Part shown: positions 1 through 8,151 of the stretch, one piece after another | Position numbering within the stretch: position 1 is the first letter of the stretch | Layout of the letters: each line of letters opens with the position of its first letter | Source of the DNA: Kangiella sp. | GTDB lineage: Bacteria; Pseudomonadota; Gammaproteobacteria; Enterobacterales; Kangiellaceae | DNA: 40,000 nt | Direction of reading: 5' to 3' | Assembly: GCA_048268505.1 (NCBI GenBank) | Contig: JBLWVK010000004.1 | Coordinates: forward strand, 74,114 to 114,113 | Notes under the pieces: generated by a model | Database searches by the model: none | The model's input: the letters and a program-made list of their open reading frames with translations, nothing else | Told to the model about the DNA's origin: nothing | Translations under genes and position numbers: made by a program

Positions 1-52
1 CTGCATTGAGCCAAACCCAATGTTGTCCGCCTTGAAAGAATTTTTTACTCAT
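1..52 (-). CDS. pstA: phosphate ABC transporter permease PstA, N-terminal fragment running off the window
   Basis: ATG at 52-50 on the minus strand, 40 nt after the pstC stop. It reads MSKKFFQGGQHWVWLNA. The position after pstC fits pstC-pstA order. Only 17 codons are visible. Confidence 0.5.
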   Translation of the reverse strand, partial: MSKKFFQGGQHWVWLNA

Positions 53-92
53 CATTCAACTCGCTTAATATTCTTCATCAATTCTATTGGGT

Positions 93-2333
93 TTAGAGTG
101 AACCGTACTTATTGCGCAAACGCTGACGTACTATTTCCGCAATCGTGTTAAACACAAAGGTAAACAGGAACAGCACAAAGGCCGCCAGGAACAATACCCT
201 GTAATGCGAGCTTCCCACCTCAGATTCCGGCATTTCCACCGCAATGTTGGCTGAAAGTGTGCGGAAACCTTCGAAAATATTCATATCCATAATTGGCGTA
301 TTACCCGTCGCCATCAAAACGATCATGGTTTCACCAACCGCTCGTCCAAGACCAATCATCAAGGCCGAAAAAATACCGGGGCTCGCTGTTGGAATAACCA
401 CGCGAGTCAGGGTTTGCCATTGGCTGGCACCTAACGCCAATGAACCATTAGATAAATGCTTAGGCACACTGAAAATCGCGTCTTCGGTAATCGAGAAAAT
501 AGTTGGAATCACCGCAAAGCCCATGGCAATACCGACCACCAGAGAGTTACGCTGGTCATAGGTTATACCCTGCTCGTTAAGCCAGGCTGGCATATTGCCA
601 TTGAACATGGCTGACTCAACTGGCTCGCCTAACCAGAACGCAAGGAAGGTTCCGAAGATAATGATTGGAAATAGCAATGCAGCCTGCCAGCCATCAGGCA
701 CACGATGCTTGATTGCGCCAGGCAGTTTTGTCCAGGTAAAGCCAAAAATAACAGTCACTATCGGTAGTAAGATAATTAGCAGAATGACACCTGCCAGATG
801 CTCCTCAATTAGTGGTGCTAACCAAAGACCGGCCAGGAAGCCCAGAATTACGGTAGGCAATGCTTCCATGATTTCAACGGTTGGTTTAACCATCGAGCGC
901 ATTTTTGGCGCCATGAAATAGGCCGTAAAAATTGCACCGAATATGGCTAATGGCACCGCAAAAAGCATGGCATAAATTGCTGCCTTTAAAGTACCAAAGC
1001 TCAACGGAACTAATGAAAATTTAGACTCAAAGTCATTGGTTGAAGCAGAAGACTGCCAGGTAAAAGAAGGCTCTTCGTAGCTTTCATACCAGACTTCATT
1101 CCACAGGGCTGACCATGAGATTTCCGGATGCTCATTCTCTACAGAGAAAACGGTTGCCTGACCGTTGTTGCCAATACCGACTAAGCGATTGCTGCGAGAA
1201 TTAATTGCCAGAGCCTGAAGCTTCTGACCAAAGTCAAACTCTTCCAGTTGACGCTCTGAGGTAGTGTAGAAAATCCCCATCTTGCCATTGGCATCTGATG
1301 CGATGAAACCTTTACGACGCTTTTCTATAATAATTTGCGAGATTGGGCTATCGGATAATTTAAAGTCACGAATTTTCTTAAGGTTAAAGCCTTGCTCGCC
1401 ACGAACCTGGAACCACTGACTTACGACACCATCGCTGTCACCAATCAGTAACGAGGTTTGGCCTAATAGAAAAGTCGCCTCTGTAACGGTTTTACCACTC
1501 TCAAGTAGTGATTGGCTTTCATGAAACTCCCACTCATCATCAATGTGCCGATAAGCAATTAAATCACCCTGCTCACTGATAATGTACAACCAGTCCGGCC
1601 CCGGCGTGGTTAATACATACTTAGGCGAGAATGGAATCTCAAAACTATCACGAGACTCTTCTTCCAGAGTCAGCTCTTCAGTCAGGAAGTTCTGATCGAT
1701 AGAATAGGTTACTGTCGTTACTTTCTGGTCGGCACCAACTGATGCAATCACGATACCGTCTTCCCAGCGACTACCGAACAATCGAGTAATCGCGGTATCC
1801 GTCAAGTCGAAGCTGTCTTCACCGAAAGGATACTGAAGCTGTGGCTCAATGTGACGCTCGTTATTTGGATAGCTGATTTTGTATTTATGAGAGAACAGCT
1901 GGAAGCTACCATCGGCAAAACCCGCGGCCATTAACCCTTTCAGATCCAGCTCAGCAAAGGCTGTAGGCTGGGCATCATGCGAAAAACGCGCTTTATTGAT
2001 AATGCTGCCATCTTCAACACTGAAAAAGCCTAAATCACCGCTTTTGCTGATAGAAAAGGCGATTTCGCCATATTCTTCAACCGCCATATACTGCGGCAGC
2101 GTCTGTTGCCAGCTATAATCCTGCTCTAATTCAACGCTAGCTGGCTTAAAAATCGGAAAAACCACCCAGAACAGGTAGAAACAGATAAGCCCAACCGCAC
2201 CAATGACCGAAAGCCCGCCTAGCGCAATGCCGTAGCGAGCAATTAAGTCATTGATTTTTCTTCTTTTGTGCTTTCCACTGTTGGTTTGTTCATCGAGCAG
2301 CTTACGCGTGGTCTCTTTTACTGATGTATTCAT
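93..2333 (-). CDS. pstC: phosphate ABC transporter permease PstC, long form with a ~430-aa N-terminal periplasmic region
   Basis: 746-aa ORF. The C-terminal ~300 aa form a multi-TM permease core with a binding-protein-dependent transport signature (SLALGASQWQTLTRVVIPTASPGIFSALMIGLGRAVGETMIV). One N-terminal TM helix is followed by a large soluble region, as in long PstC proteins of Pseudomonas-type pst operons. Confidence 0.85.
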   Translation of the reverse strand: MNTSVKETTRKLLDEQTNSGKHKRRKINDLIARYGIALGGLSVIGAVGLICFYLFWVVFPIFKPASVELEQDYSWQQTLPQYMAVEEYGEIAFSISKSGDLGFFSVEDGSIINKARFSHDAQPTAFAELDLKGLMAAGFADGSFQLFSHKYKISYPNNERHIEPQLQYPFGEDSFDLTDTAITRLFGSRWEDGIVIASVGADQKVTTVTYSIDQNFLTEELTLEEESRDSFEIPFSPKYVLTTPGPDWLYIISEQGDLIAYRHIDDEWEFHESQSLLESGKTVTEATFLLGQTSLLIGDSDGVVSQWFQVRGEQGFNLKKIRDFKLSDSPISQIIIEKRRKGFIASDANGKMGIFYTTSERQLEEFDFGQKLQALAINSRSNRLVGIGNNGQATVFSVENEHPEISWSALWNEVWYESYEEPSFTWQSSASTNDFESKFSLVPLSFGTLKAAIYAMLFAVPLAIFGAIFTAYFMAPKMRSMVKPTVEIMEALPTVILGFLAGLWLAPLIEEHLAGVILLIILLPIVTVIFGFTWTKLPGAIKHRVPDGWQAALLFPIIIFGTFLAFWLGEPVESAMFNGNMPAWLNEQGITYDQRNSLVVGIAMGFAVIPTIFSITEDAIFSVPKHLSNGSLALGASQWQTLTRVVIPTASPGIFSALMIGLGRAVGETMIVLMATGNTPIMDMNIFEGFRTLSANIAVEMPESEVGSSHYRVLFLAAFVLFLFTFVFNTIAEIVRQRLRNKYGSL

Positions 2334-2378
2334 GACTAATTAACCATTTATTGATGCAGGTTAGTATAGGGATGAATT

Positions 2379-2396
2379 GTTACAGTTATATTAAAG
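2379..2396 (-). promoter_or_regulatory. candidate Pho box (PhoB site) of the pstC promoter
   Basis: The minus strand reads CTTTAAT-ATAA-CTGTAAC (7-4-7 direct repeat, consensus CTGTCAT-N4-CTGTCAT). Exactly 10 bp later comes TATACT (plus 2363-2368) as the -10. Further weaker half-sites lie at 2421-2438 and 2462-2479. Confidence 0.55.
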
Positions 2397-2507
2397 TTCC
2401 ATGGAGGCAGGGATGGTAATGTGACAGTCAAATTTCATTATTATGATGGATCAAGGGTTTGTAAAAAGTTTCATGACATTGATGGGTTTCACAAACCCTT
2501 CGCTTTT

Positions 2508-2525
2508 CTGTCATGGAAATGTCAC
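2508..2525 (+). promoter_or_regulatory. Pho box (PhoB site) of the porin promoter
   Basis: CTGTCAT-GGAA-ATGTCAC on the plus strand. TAGAAT at 2536-2541 lies 10 bp downstream as the -10, so the Pho box replaces the -35, the classic architecture. Confidence 0.7.
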
Positions 2526-2581
2526 AAATTATCCGTAGAATTGCCAGCGTCTGTTAATTAAACCCCTTATTGGAGAAGACA

Positions 2582-3718
2582 ATGAAATTAAAACTAATCG
2601 CTGTAGCCGTTGCTACTGTAATCTCTGCACCGGCATTTGCCGAAACCGAAACTTCTGGCAAAGCTGGTAGTGGCTTTACTGTTAAAACTGATGATGTCAG
2701 CTTCTCAGTATTTGGTCGCGTTCAATATGACGTTGATATGTGGGACGGCGATGCTTTCTCTACTGCTGATGAATCTGGTTCTGACTCTGAAATCCGTCGT
2801 GGTCGTATCGGTATCTCAGGCAAGATTGCTAAAGACTGGTCAGGCAAAATTGAAGTTAACTATAATGATGCTACTGGCGAAAGCAATCTAGAAGATGCCT
2901 ACGTAAAATATACTGGCATGGAAGGCGCAGACTTACTAATCGGCAAGCACAAAGAGCCTTTTGGTCTAGAAGAAAATACTTCATCAAAAGATATTACTGC
3001 TATCGAGCGCACCATGATTACCAACGCCTTAGCTCCTGGTAAAAACTATGGTGTATCATTGGGCGGCGGCAGCAATGAGTTCACCTGGAAATTTGGTATT
3101 TATGACCGTGGTGAAGAAGGTAACAACATTGCAACAGGTTTCTCAGGTCGTGTAACAACAGCTCCAATCGCAACTAAAGATGAAGTGTTCCACTTAGGTT
3201 TTGGTTATACCCAGAGTCGTCTAGCTGGTAATACTTACGGTGAAGCGGACCAGCGTCTAGAGCTACATACTGCTGATGAAAAAGTTGGTTCAAGCTCTCT
3301 TCTTGGTGAAAGCATCATGGCTTACAACCTAGAAGTTGCCTATGCAGCTGGCCCATTCCACGCGCAAGCTGAATACTTCGATGGTGAAGTTGATGGCGGC
3401 AACTGGACTGCTGATACCGATATCGAAGGCTACTATGCACAAGCAGGTTATATCCTGACTGGCGAATCACGTCCATACAGCAAAGGCGTATTCAAACGCG
3501 TTAAGCCAAAAGGTGATGCGGGTGCCTGGGAAGTATTTGGTCGTTACAGCAACTATGAGCCAGGTGCTGACGAAGCAGAAGTTTTCACTCTAGGTTTAAA
3601 CTACTACGCTAATGATGCAGTTCGTATCGGCTTGAACTATGTTTCAGCTGACATGACTGAGGGCGGCATCGACAAAGATGGTGATGGTTTAGCAGTACGT
3701 TTCCAATACGTATTCTAA
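2582..3718 (+). CDS. phosphate-selective porin, OprO/OprP family
   Basis: ATG at 2582 follows the SD GGAGA; the ORF-track start at 2570 is a TTG. Signal peptide MKLKLIAVAVATVISAPAFA. Beta-rich sequence with alternating hydrophobic residues and a C-terminal ...VRFQYVF outer-membrane signature. It is divergent from pstC and carries a Pho box. Confidence 0.8.
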   Translation: MKLKLIAVAVATVISAPAFAETETSGKAGSGFTVKTDDVSFSVFGRVQYDVDMWDGDAFSTADESGSDSEIRRGRIGISGKIAKDWSGKIEVNYNDATGESNLEDAYVKYTGMEGADLLIGKHKEPFGLEENTSSKDITAIERTMITNALAPGKNYGVSLGGGSNEFTWKFGIYDRGEEGNNIATGFSGRVTTAPIATKDEVFHLGFGYTQSRLAGNTYGEADQRLELHTADEKVGSSSLLGESIMAYNLEVAYAAGPFHAQAEYFDGEVDGGNWTADTDIEGYYAQAGYILTGESRPYSKGVFKRVKPKGDAGAWEVFGRYSNYEPGADEAEVFTLGLNYYANDAVRIGLNYVSADMTEGGIDKDGDGLAVRFQYVF

Positions 3719-3746
3719 AACTGACCTCTTAAGTTAGTTCCGTGGT

Positions 3747-3773
3747 AAAGGGCGCGCAATGCGCCCTTTTTTT
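3747..3773 (+). terminator. rho-independent terminator after the porin gene
   Basis: AAAGGGCGC-gcaat-GCGCCCTTT followed by a T-run. Confidence 0.85.
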
Positions 3774-3882
3774 AATCTTCTGGATTTGCGTATATATCTT
3801 TAGCCTATCTTAATATCTTAGTCCTCCTTGCATCACACCTATAAACAATTATGATAAGTAGAAATAACAAGGAGCACATACC

Positions 3883-4968
3883 ATGTCTGATTTTCTCGGC
3901 TTTGATTGGGCCAGCCTGTTCTGGCCAGTGGCAGTACTTGTCATCGGCTTCTTTGCCTACCAAATCCTGCAGAAGTTCTTTTCATTAAGCAAAAATAAAA
4001 ACACCAATGTCGTCCTGCAAAGGCAGCTCACTAACATTGTGTTTATGTTGCTTCTGATCGTTATCTTTGTCCTGGTCTTACCCATCAAGGATAGTTTAAA
4101 GAATCAGATTATTGGCCTTATCGGTATCGTGCTGTCAGCTTCCATTGCACTGAGCTCTGCAACATTTTTGGGCAATATCATGGCTGGGATCTGGTTACGC
4201 TCGGTGAGAAACTTCAGACTCGGTGATTTTATTGAGGTTAAAGGCATGTTTGGACGCATATCCGGTCGTGGACTCCTGCATACCGAACTGCAGGATAGAG
4301 AGCGCGATCTGATCACTCTGCCTAACCTGTTCCTTGCCACTAACCCTGTCACAGTGATGCACAGTGACGGCACTATTATTTCTACTGAAATTTCGCTTGG
4401 TTACGATGTTGACCACAAATTTATCGAGCCGCTCCTGCTCGAAGCTGCAGAGAATGCAGAACTGGATAAACCTTTTGTTTATATTGAAAAGCTACTGGAT
4501 CATGCCATCGTCTATAAAGTGCACGGCTTGGCCACCGATATTAACACTCTACTTTCCAGTCGCTCTAAACTGAATGCCTGTGTCCTTGATAGCCTGCATC
4601 AGGCTGGCGTTGAAATCGTATCGCCATCATTTAGAAATCAGAGGATGGTGGATAGCCAGACCTTTATTCCAAAAGCAGTCACGACTAAAGCCACCCACTC
4701 CAAAAGGTCCAAAAGTGGAGAGCCTGAAGCGATTATTTTTGACAAAGCTAATAAAGCCGAACAACTGGATCAGACACGACAACAGATTAATAAGCTGGAA
4801 GAAACCGTTGAAGAAATGTCTAAGGCGCTCAAAGAATCTGAGGATAATGATCAAAAAGATAAAATCAAAACCAAGCAACAGAAAACTAAAGAAAAGATTG
4901 AATCGCTTAAAGAGCAAATGGTTATTGCGGAAACAGAGTTGAATAAGGAAGGCAAAGGCGAGGATTAA
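3883..4968 (+). CDS. mechanosensitive ion channel (MscS) family protein with a K/E-rich C-terminal tail
   Basis: SD AAGGAG precedes the start. Three or four N-terminal TM helices are followed by an MscS-type beta domain (LGDFIEVKGMFGRISGRGLLHTELQDRERDLITLPNLFLATNPVTV). The last ~90 aa are a highly charged coiled-coil-like segment. Confidence 0.75.
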   Translation: MSDFLGFDWASLFWPVAVLVIGFFAYQILQKFFSLSKNKNTNVVLQRQLTNIVFMLLLIVIFVLVLPIKDSLKNQIIGLIGIVLSASIALSSATFLGNIMAGIWLRSVRNFRLGDFIEVKGMFGRISGRGLLHTELQDRERDLITLPNLFLATNPVTVMHSDGTIISTEISLGYDVDHKFIEPLLLEAAENAELDKPFVYIEKLLDHAIVYKVHGLATDINTLLSSRSKLNACVLDSLHQAGVEIVSPSFRNQRMVDSQTFIPKAVTTKATHSKRSKSGEPEAIIFDKANKAEQLDQTRQQINKLEETVEEMSKALKESEDNDQKDKIKTKQQKTKEKIESLKEQMVIAETELNKEGKGED

Positions 4969-5034
4969 CCACAATAACTTTTCGGCGGGCCAAGGCCCGC
5001 ACTACGAGTAACGATATATTTTAACTCTATAAAT

Positions 5035-5117
5035 GTAGGTTGGTGATGAGCGTAGCGAATCCCAACAGTTCTTAAAAGTGGCAATGTTGGGATTCGCTAC
5101 GCTCATCACCAACCTAC
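5035..5117. repeat. REP-like perfect inverted repeat (33-bp arms, 17-nt loop)
   Basis: GTAGGTTGGTGATGAGCGTAGCGAATCCCAACA at 5035-5067 is exactly complementary to 5085-5117. It shares the word GTAGCGAAnCC with the 18.6-kb repeat. Confidence 0.9.
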
Positions 5118-5147
5118 GCATGTCTTCACTTATAGGAGAAGTCTTCT

Positions 5148-5175
5148 GTAGGGACAAGTCATGACTTGTCCCTAC
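5148..5175. repeat. REP-like perfect palindrome
   Basis: GTAGGGACAAGTCATGACTTGTCCCTAC, with 12-bp arms. Confidence 0.85.
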
Positions 5176-5198
5176 CAATATCATTATTTGTTACCCAC

Positions 5199-5227
5199 AA
5201 AAAAAAGCGGCCGAAGCCGCTTTTTTT
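5199..5227. terminator. bidirectional rho-independent terminator (MscS-family gene / BI-1 gene)
   Basis: A8-GCGGC-cgaa-GCCGC-T7, lying between convergent genes. Confidence 0.85.
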
Positions 5228-5249
5228 AATTTTCTGGTCAATTTATCAA

Positions 5250-5954
5250 CTAGTCATTGCTAGCCATAAACAGGCGCAATACATACCAGAACATCATGGC
5301 AACACTGGCAAATAATTGAAGTGCCGCGCCAACATAACGGTCTTCTGGGTAATGATGCAATACGTTTGATGTATCGTACAAGATAGCAGCACCAGCAAAA
5401 CCAATCATGGCAACACTAAACCAAGTGCCTAACTGGAAGCCAAAAATAAATGCCGAAAGGATTGCAACGATTGCCAAGCCAAACATCCACATCAAAACTC
5501 CTCTTAGGAACGAGAAATCTTTACGGGTGTAGAAAACGATGGCGGTTAACACTGCAAAACCGAGTAAAGTCACTGTCGCAGCACTTTTGATAAGACCATC
5601 AGCCATCTGCGCAGCAATCAAGAGTAAAGGTGCAAAGATAATCGCTTCAGCAATAATGAAACCTGCAAGGCTGGAATACTGAGTGATTTTTGACTGTGAG
5701 GTATGTGCTATATGAGTCGCCGCCCAGGAAGCAGCAATAAAACCACCCATTAATACCATCCAGCCAGCACCAAATGAGAATACCCATTCGGCGATTGCGT
5801 AAGAAATACCAGATTGATAGAAATAAACACTAACCAATACAAACGCAAAAATAGCGCCTAATAAATGGTTGTAGGTTTTGGTGATAAACTTCGCGCGATC
5901 GCCTAATCCACCACGAACAACGACTTGTTCTTCTGTTTGTTGATAGCTCATCAA
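5250..5954 (-). CDS. Bax inhibitor-1 / YccA family membrane protein
   Basis: 234 aa with 7 predicted TM helices. The N-terminus (...RAKFITKTYNHLLGAIFAFVLV) and overall pattern are typical of the BI-1/YccA family. Confidence 0.8.
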   Translation of the reverse strand: MMSYQQTEEQVVVRGGLGDRAKFITKTYNHLLGAIFAFVLVSVYFYQSGISYAIAEWVFSFGAGWMVLMGGFIAASWAATHIAHTSQSKITQYSSLAGFIIAEAIIFAPLLLIAAQMADGLIKSAATVTLLGFAVLTAIVFYTRKDFSFLRGVLMWMFGLAIVAILSAFIFGFQLGTWFSVAMIGFAGAAILYDTSNVLHHYPEDRYVGAALQLFASVAMMFWYVLRLFMASND

Positions 5955-6003
5955 TGTCTCCTTTGTTTAAGCTTTAGATTGTTTAACGAAAACCGCTTTC
6001 TAA

Positions 6004-6468
6004 CTAGAACGGAATGTCGTCATCAAAATCATCGTCCATGGCCGGAGCTGGCTGTGGGTTTTGATTCTGTTTTTGGTTATTTTGATTATTGTTACCACCG
6101 AAAGAAGCTTCGCCACCGCTGCGGCCACCAAGCATTTGCATCTGGCCATTAATATCAACAACCACTTCAGTGGTGTAGCGGTCCTGACCTGATTGATCAG
6201 TCCATTTGCGGGTCTGTAGTTTACCTTCGAAGTAAACTTGCGAGCCTTTTTTAAGGTATTCGCCAGCGATTTCAGCCAATTTGCCGAAGATGACAATGCG
6301 GTGCCATTCGGTTTTTTCCTGTTGCTGGCCGGTGTTCTTGTCTTTCCAGGTCTCAGAAGTAGCTAACGTGATGTTGGCAATCGCTCTACCGTCTGGTGTG
6401 TAACGAATTTCCGGATCCTTCCCTAAATTTCCTACTAAGATAACTTTGTTAATGCCGCGACTGGCCAT
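6004..6468 (-). CDS. ssb: single-stranded DNA-binding protein
   Basis: [27 protein letters not shown]... OB fold, a Gly/Gln/Asn-rich linker and the canonical acidic tail DDDIPF. Confidence 0.97.
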   Translation of the reverse strand: MASRGINKVILVGNLGKDPEIRYTPDGRAIANITLATSETWKDKNTGQQQEKTEWHRIVIFGKLAEIAGEYLKKGSQVYFEGKLQTRKWTDQSGQDRYTTEVVVDINGQMQMLGGRSGGEASFGGNNNQNNQKQNQNPQPAPAMDDDFDDDIPF

Positions 6469-6522
6469 TGATTACTCCTGTCTTTGTCTTTTAATCTACT
6501 AAAATCTTTAATTATCAATATA

Positions 6523-7893
6523 TTAGGCTTGAATTCGGCCTAATTTTTCTAATTCTTTACGCTCGATGGTCGAGTCGTCCACTCGCAAATATACCTTGCC
6601 TTTATGGTCGTCCGCAATGGCCTCAATGACTCCGGCCAATTTTAATGCGGATTCCTGCACCGCTTTGGCCGTATCAGCTTCATCCAGCTCCAGTACCCAG
6701 CGCTTTACTTCAGGCAACTTGCCCAACCAGCCCAGCGCCAGCCCTGCAATCACCATCAAACCGATATTGAGCCAGATAACGCCAGTATAGCCGAGTGTAG
6801 GGAGCAAATATCCCGTCACGCTGCCGCCAAGGAAAGCACCTAGAAACTGACTGGTCGAGAATATACCCAACGCGGTACCACGATATTGGGCACCAAACAG
6901 ATTAGATACGGTGGAAGGTAGCTTGGCTTCCAATAGATTAAAGCCAGCGAAAAATAGGGTCAGAACCACTAACCAGAACCACAGGCTTTGCCAGCTGGTC
7001 AGCAGTGTTAATAGTGATAGCGCTAATAGTAAGAAAGCCGACTGCATCACCTGACGATGTAAGCCTCTTTTTTCCGCACCAATCATCATGGGTAACATAA
7101 TGGCGATCGATAGCGCCAACACCACCAGATAGATCCAGGAATGCTGAGACAGCTCGAAACCACTGGCAATCAACTTATCCGGCACGATCAGGAATACCGC
7201 GACCAGCGCCCAGTGAATCACAAATACCGACAGCGCTAATACAAAAATACGTCCCTTGGCGGTGACATAGCGCCAGCGCTCAGCGAAGCTTAAATCAATT
7301 TTTGGCATGTCGATGGCGGGCACAGTGGGCACTACAAAGATGGCAACCAAAAGCGCGACAAATGCCAGAACTGCAATGACATAGAATAAACCTTGCAGGT
7401 TGAGCCAATTTGATAGCAAGGGTCCAAGCACTAATGACAAAGCAAAAGCCAGTCCAATACTGCCGCCAATCATGGCCATGACTTTGGAGCGTTGATGCGG
7501 ACGACTTAAATCAGCGGCCAAAGCCATCACGGCACTGGCAATCGCGCCGGCACCCTGTAACGCACGTCCAAAAATCAATCCCCAGACACTCTCAGAATTC
7601 GCAGCGACCAGACTGCCGACAATAAATACCAGCAAACCAGCATAGATCACAGGCTTGCGACCAATCTTATCGGAAAGCAGTCCAAGAGGAAGTTGCAGGA
7701 TGGCTTGCGACAGACCATAAATGCCAATCGCCAGGCCCAATAAAGGTAAAGTTGCGCCTTCCAGGCCTTCACCAAGGATTCGAATAACCGGCAACAGCAT
7801 GAAAAGGCCAAACATGCGTAAGGCAAAGATGCTGGCCAGTGAAATAGCGGATTTTTTTTCTAGCGTGGTCAGTGAAGACGATTTCATACACAA
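6523..7893 (-). CDS. MFS transporter with a ~70-aa cytoplasmic C-terminal extension
   Basis: 12 TM pattern with the MFS loop motif GLLSDKIGRKP. The start may be the second Met, at 7887. The ssb / MFS / uvrA arrangement is common in gammaproteobacteria. Confidence 0.8.
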   Translation of the reverse strand: MCMKSSSLTTLEKKSAISLASIFALRMFGLFMLLPVIRILGEGLEGATLPLLGLAIGIYGLSQAILQLPLGLLSDKIGRKPVIYAGLLVFIVGSLVAANSESVWGLIFGRALQGAGAIASAVMALAADLSRPHQRSKVMAMIGGSIGLAFALSLVLGPLLSNWLNLQGLFYVIAVLAFVALLVAIFVVPTVPAIDMPKIDLSFAERWRYVTAKGRIFVLALSVFVIHWALVAVFLIVPDKLIASGFELSQHSWIYLVVLALSIAIMLPMMIGAEKRGLHRQVMQSAFLLLALSLLTLLTSWQSLWFWLVVLTLFFAGFNLLEAKLPSTVSNLFGAQYRGTALGIFSTSQFLGAFLGGSVTGYLLPTLGYTGVIWLNIGLMVIAGLALGWLGKLPEVKRWVLELDEADTAKAVQESALKLAGVIEAIADDHKGKVYLRVDDSTIERKELEKLGRIQA

Positions 7894-8151
7894 TCCAATG
7901 AGTTAGGGCTTTTCGTTTGTTTTTTGACCAACAAGTAATTGGCCATTAGCCCTAACAAACCTTTTCTGTTCAAGGCAATTCACGTTATAGTTAACGGTTT
8001 GCGATTTTCTCATTTTAGGCCGCAAAACCCAAATTTATTTTAAGTAGTGCCCGATAGCTTTTTGTTAATCGCACTTTGGCATTAAATTCACGAGCCAAGT
8101 GCATAATGCGGTACTACTTCAGTCAGCTCACAAACGACATATAGGAAACTG

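Noticed and set aside
244-921. ORF-track entries 244-561 (+) and 595-921 (+), 105 and 108 aa.
   Set aside because: They lie entirely antisense inside the well-supported pstC permease core. Their composition is Arg/Pro/Ser-rich, typical of antisense frames, and they have no SD.
4574-4974. ORFs 4574-4942 (+) and 4627-4974 (-) in the 3' part of the MscS-family gene.
   Set aside because: They are alternative-frame readings of an A/G-rich K/E-coding tract, giving K/R/L low-complexity products. The MscS frame is continuous through this region.
5002-5184. 60-aa ORF on the minus strand.
   Set aside because: It is only a translation of the REP-like palindromes at 5035-5175. The two arms of the inverted repeat are read as protein.
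7894-8151. An SOS (LexA) box expected near uvrA/ssb, as in E. coli.
   Set aside because: I scanned 7894-8151 and 6469-6522 by eye for CTGT-N8-ACAG. The only hit, CTGTTCAAGGCAATTC, lacks the ACAG half. A 9-bp inverted repeat (7902-7910 / 7948-7956) is present but has a 37-nt spacer and no known motif.
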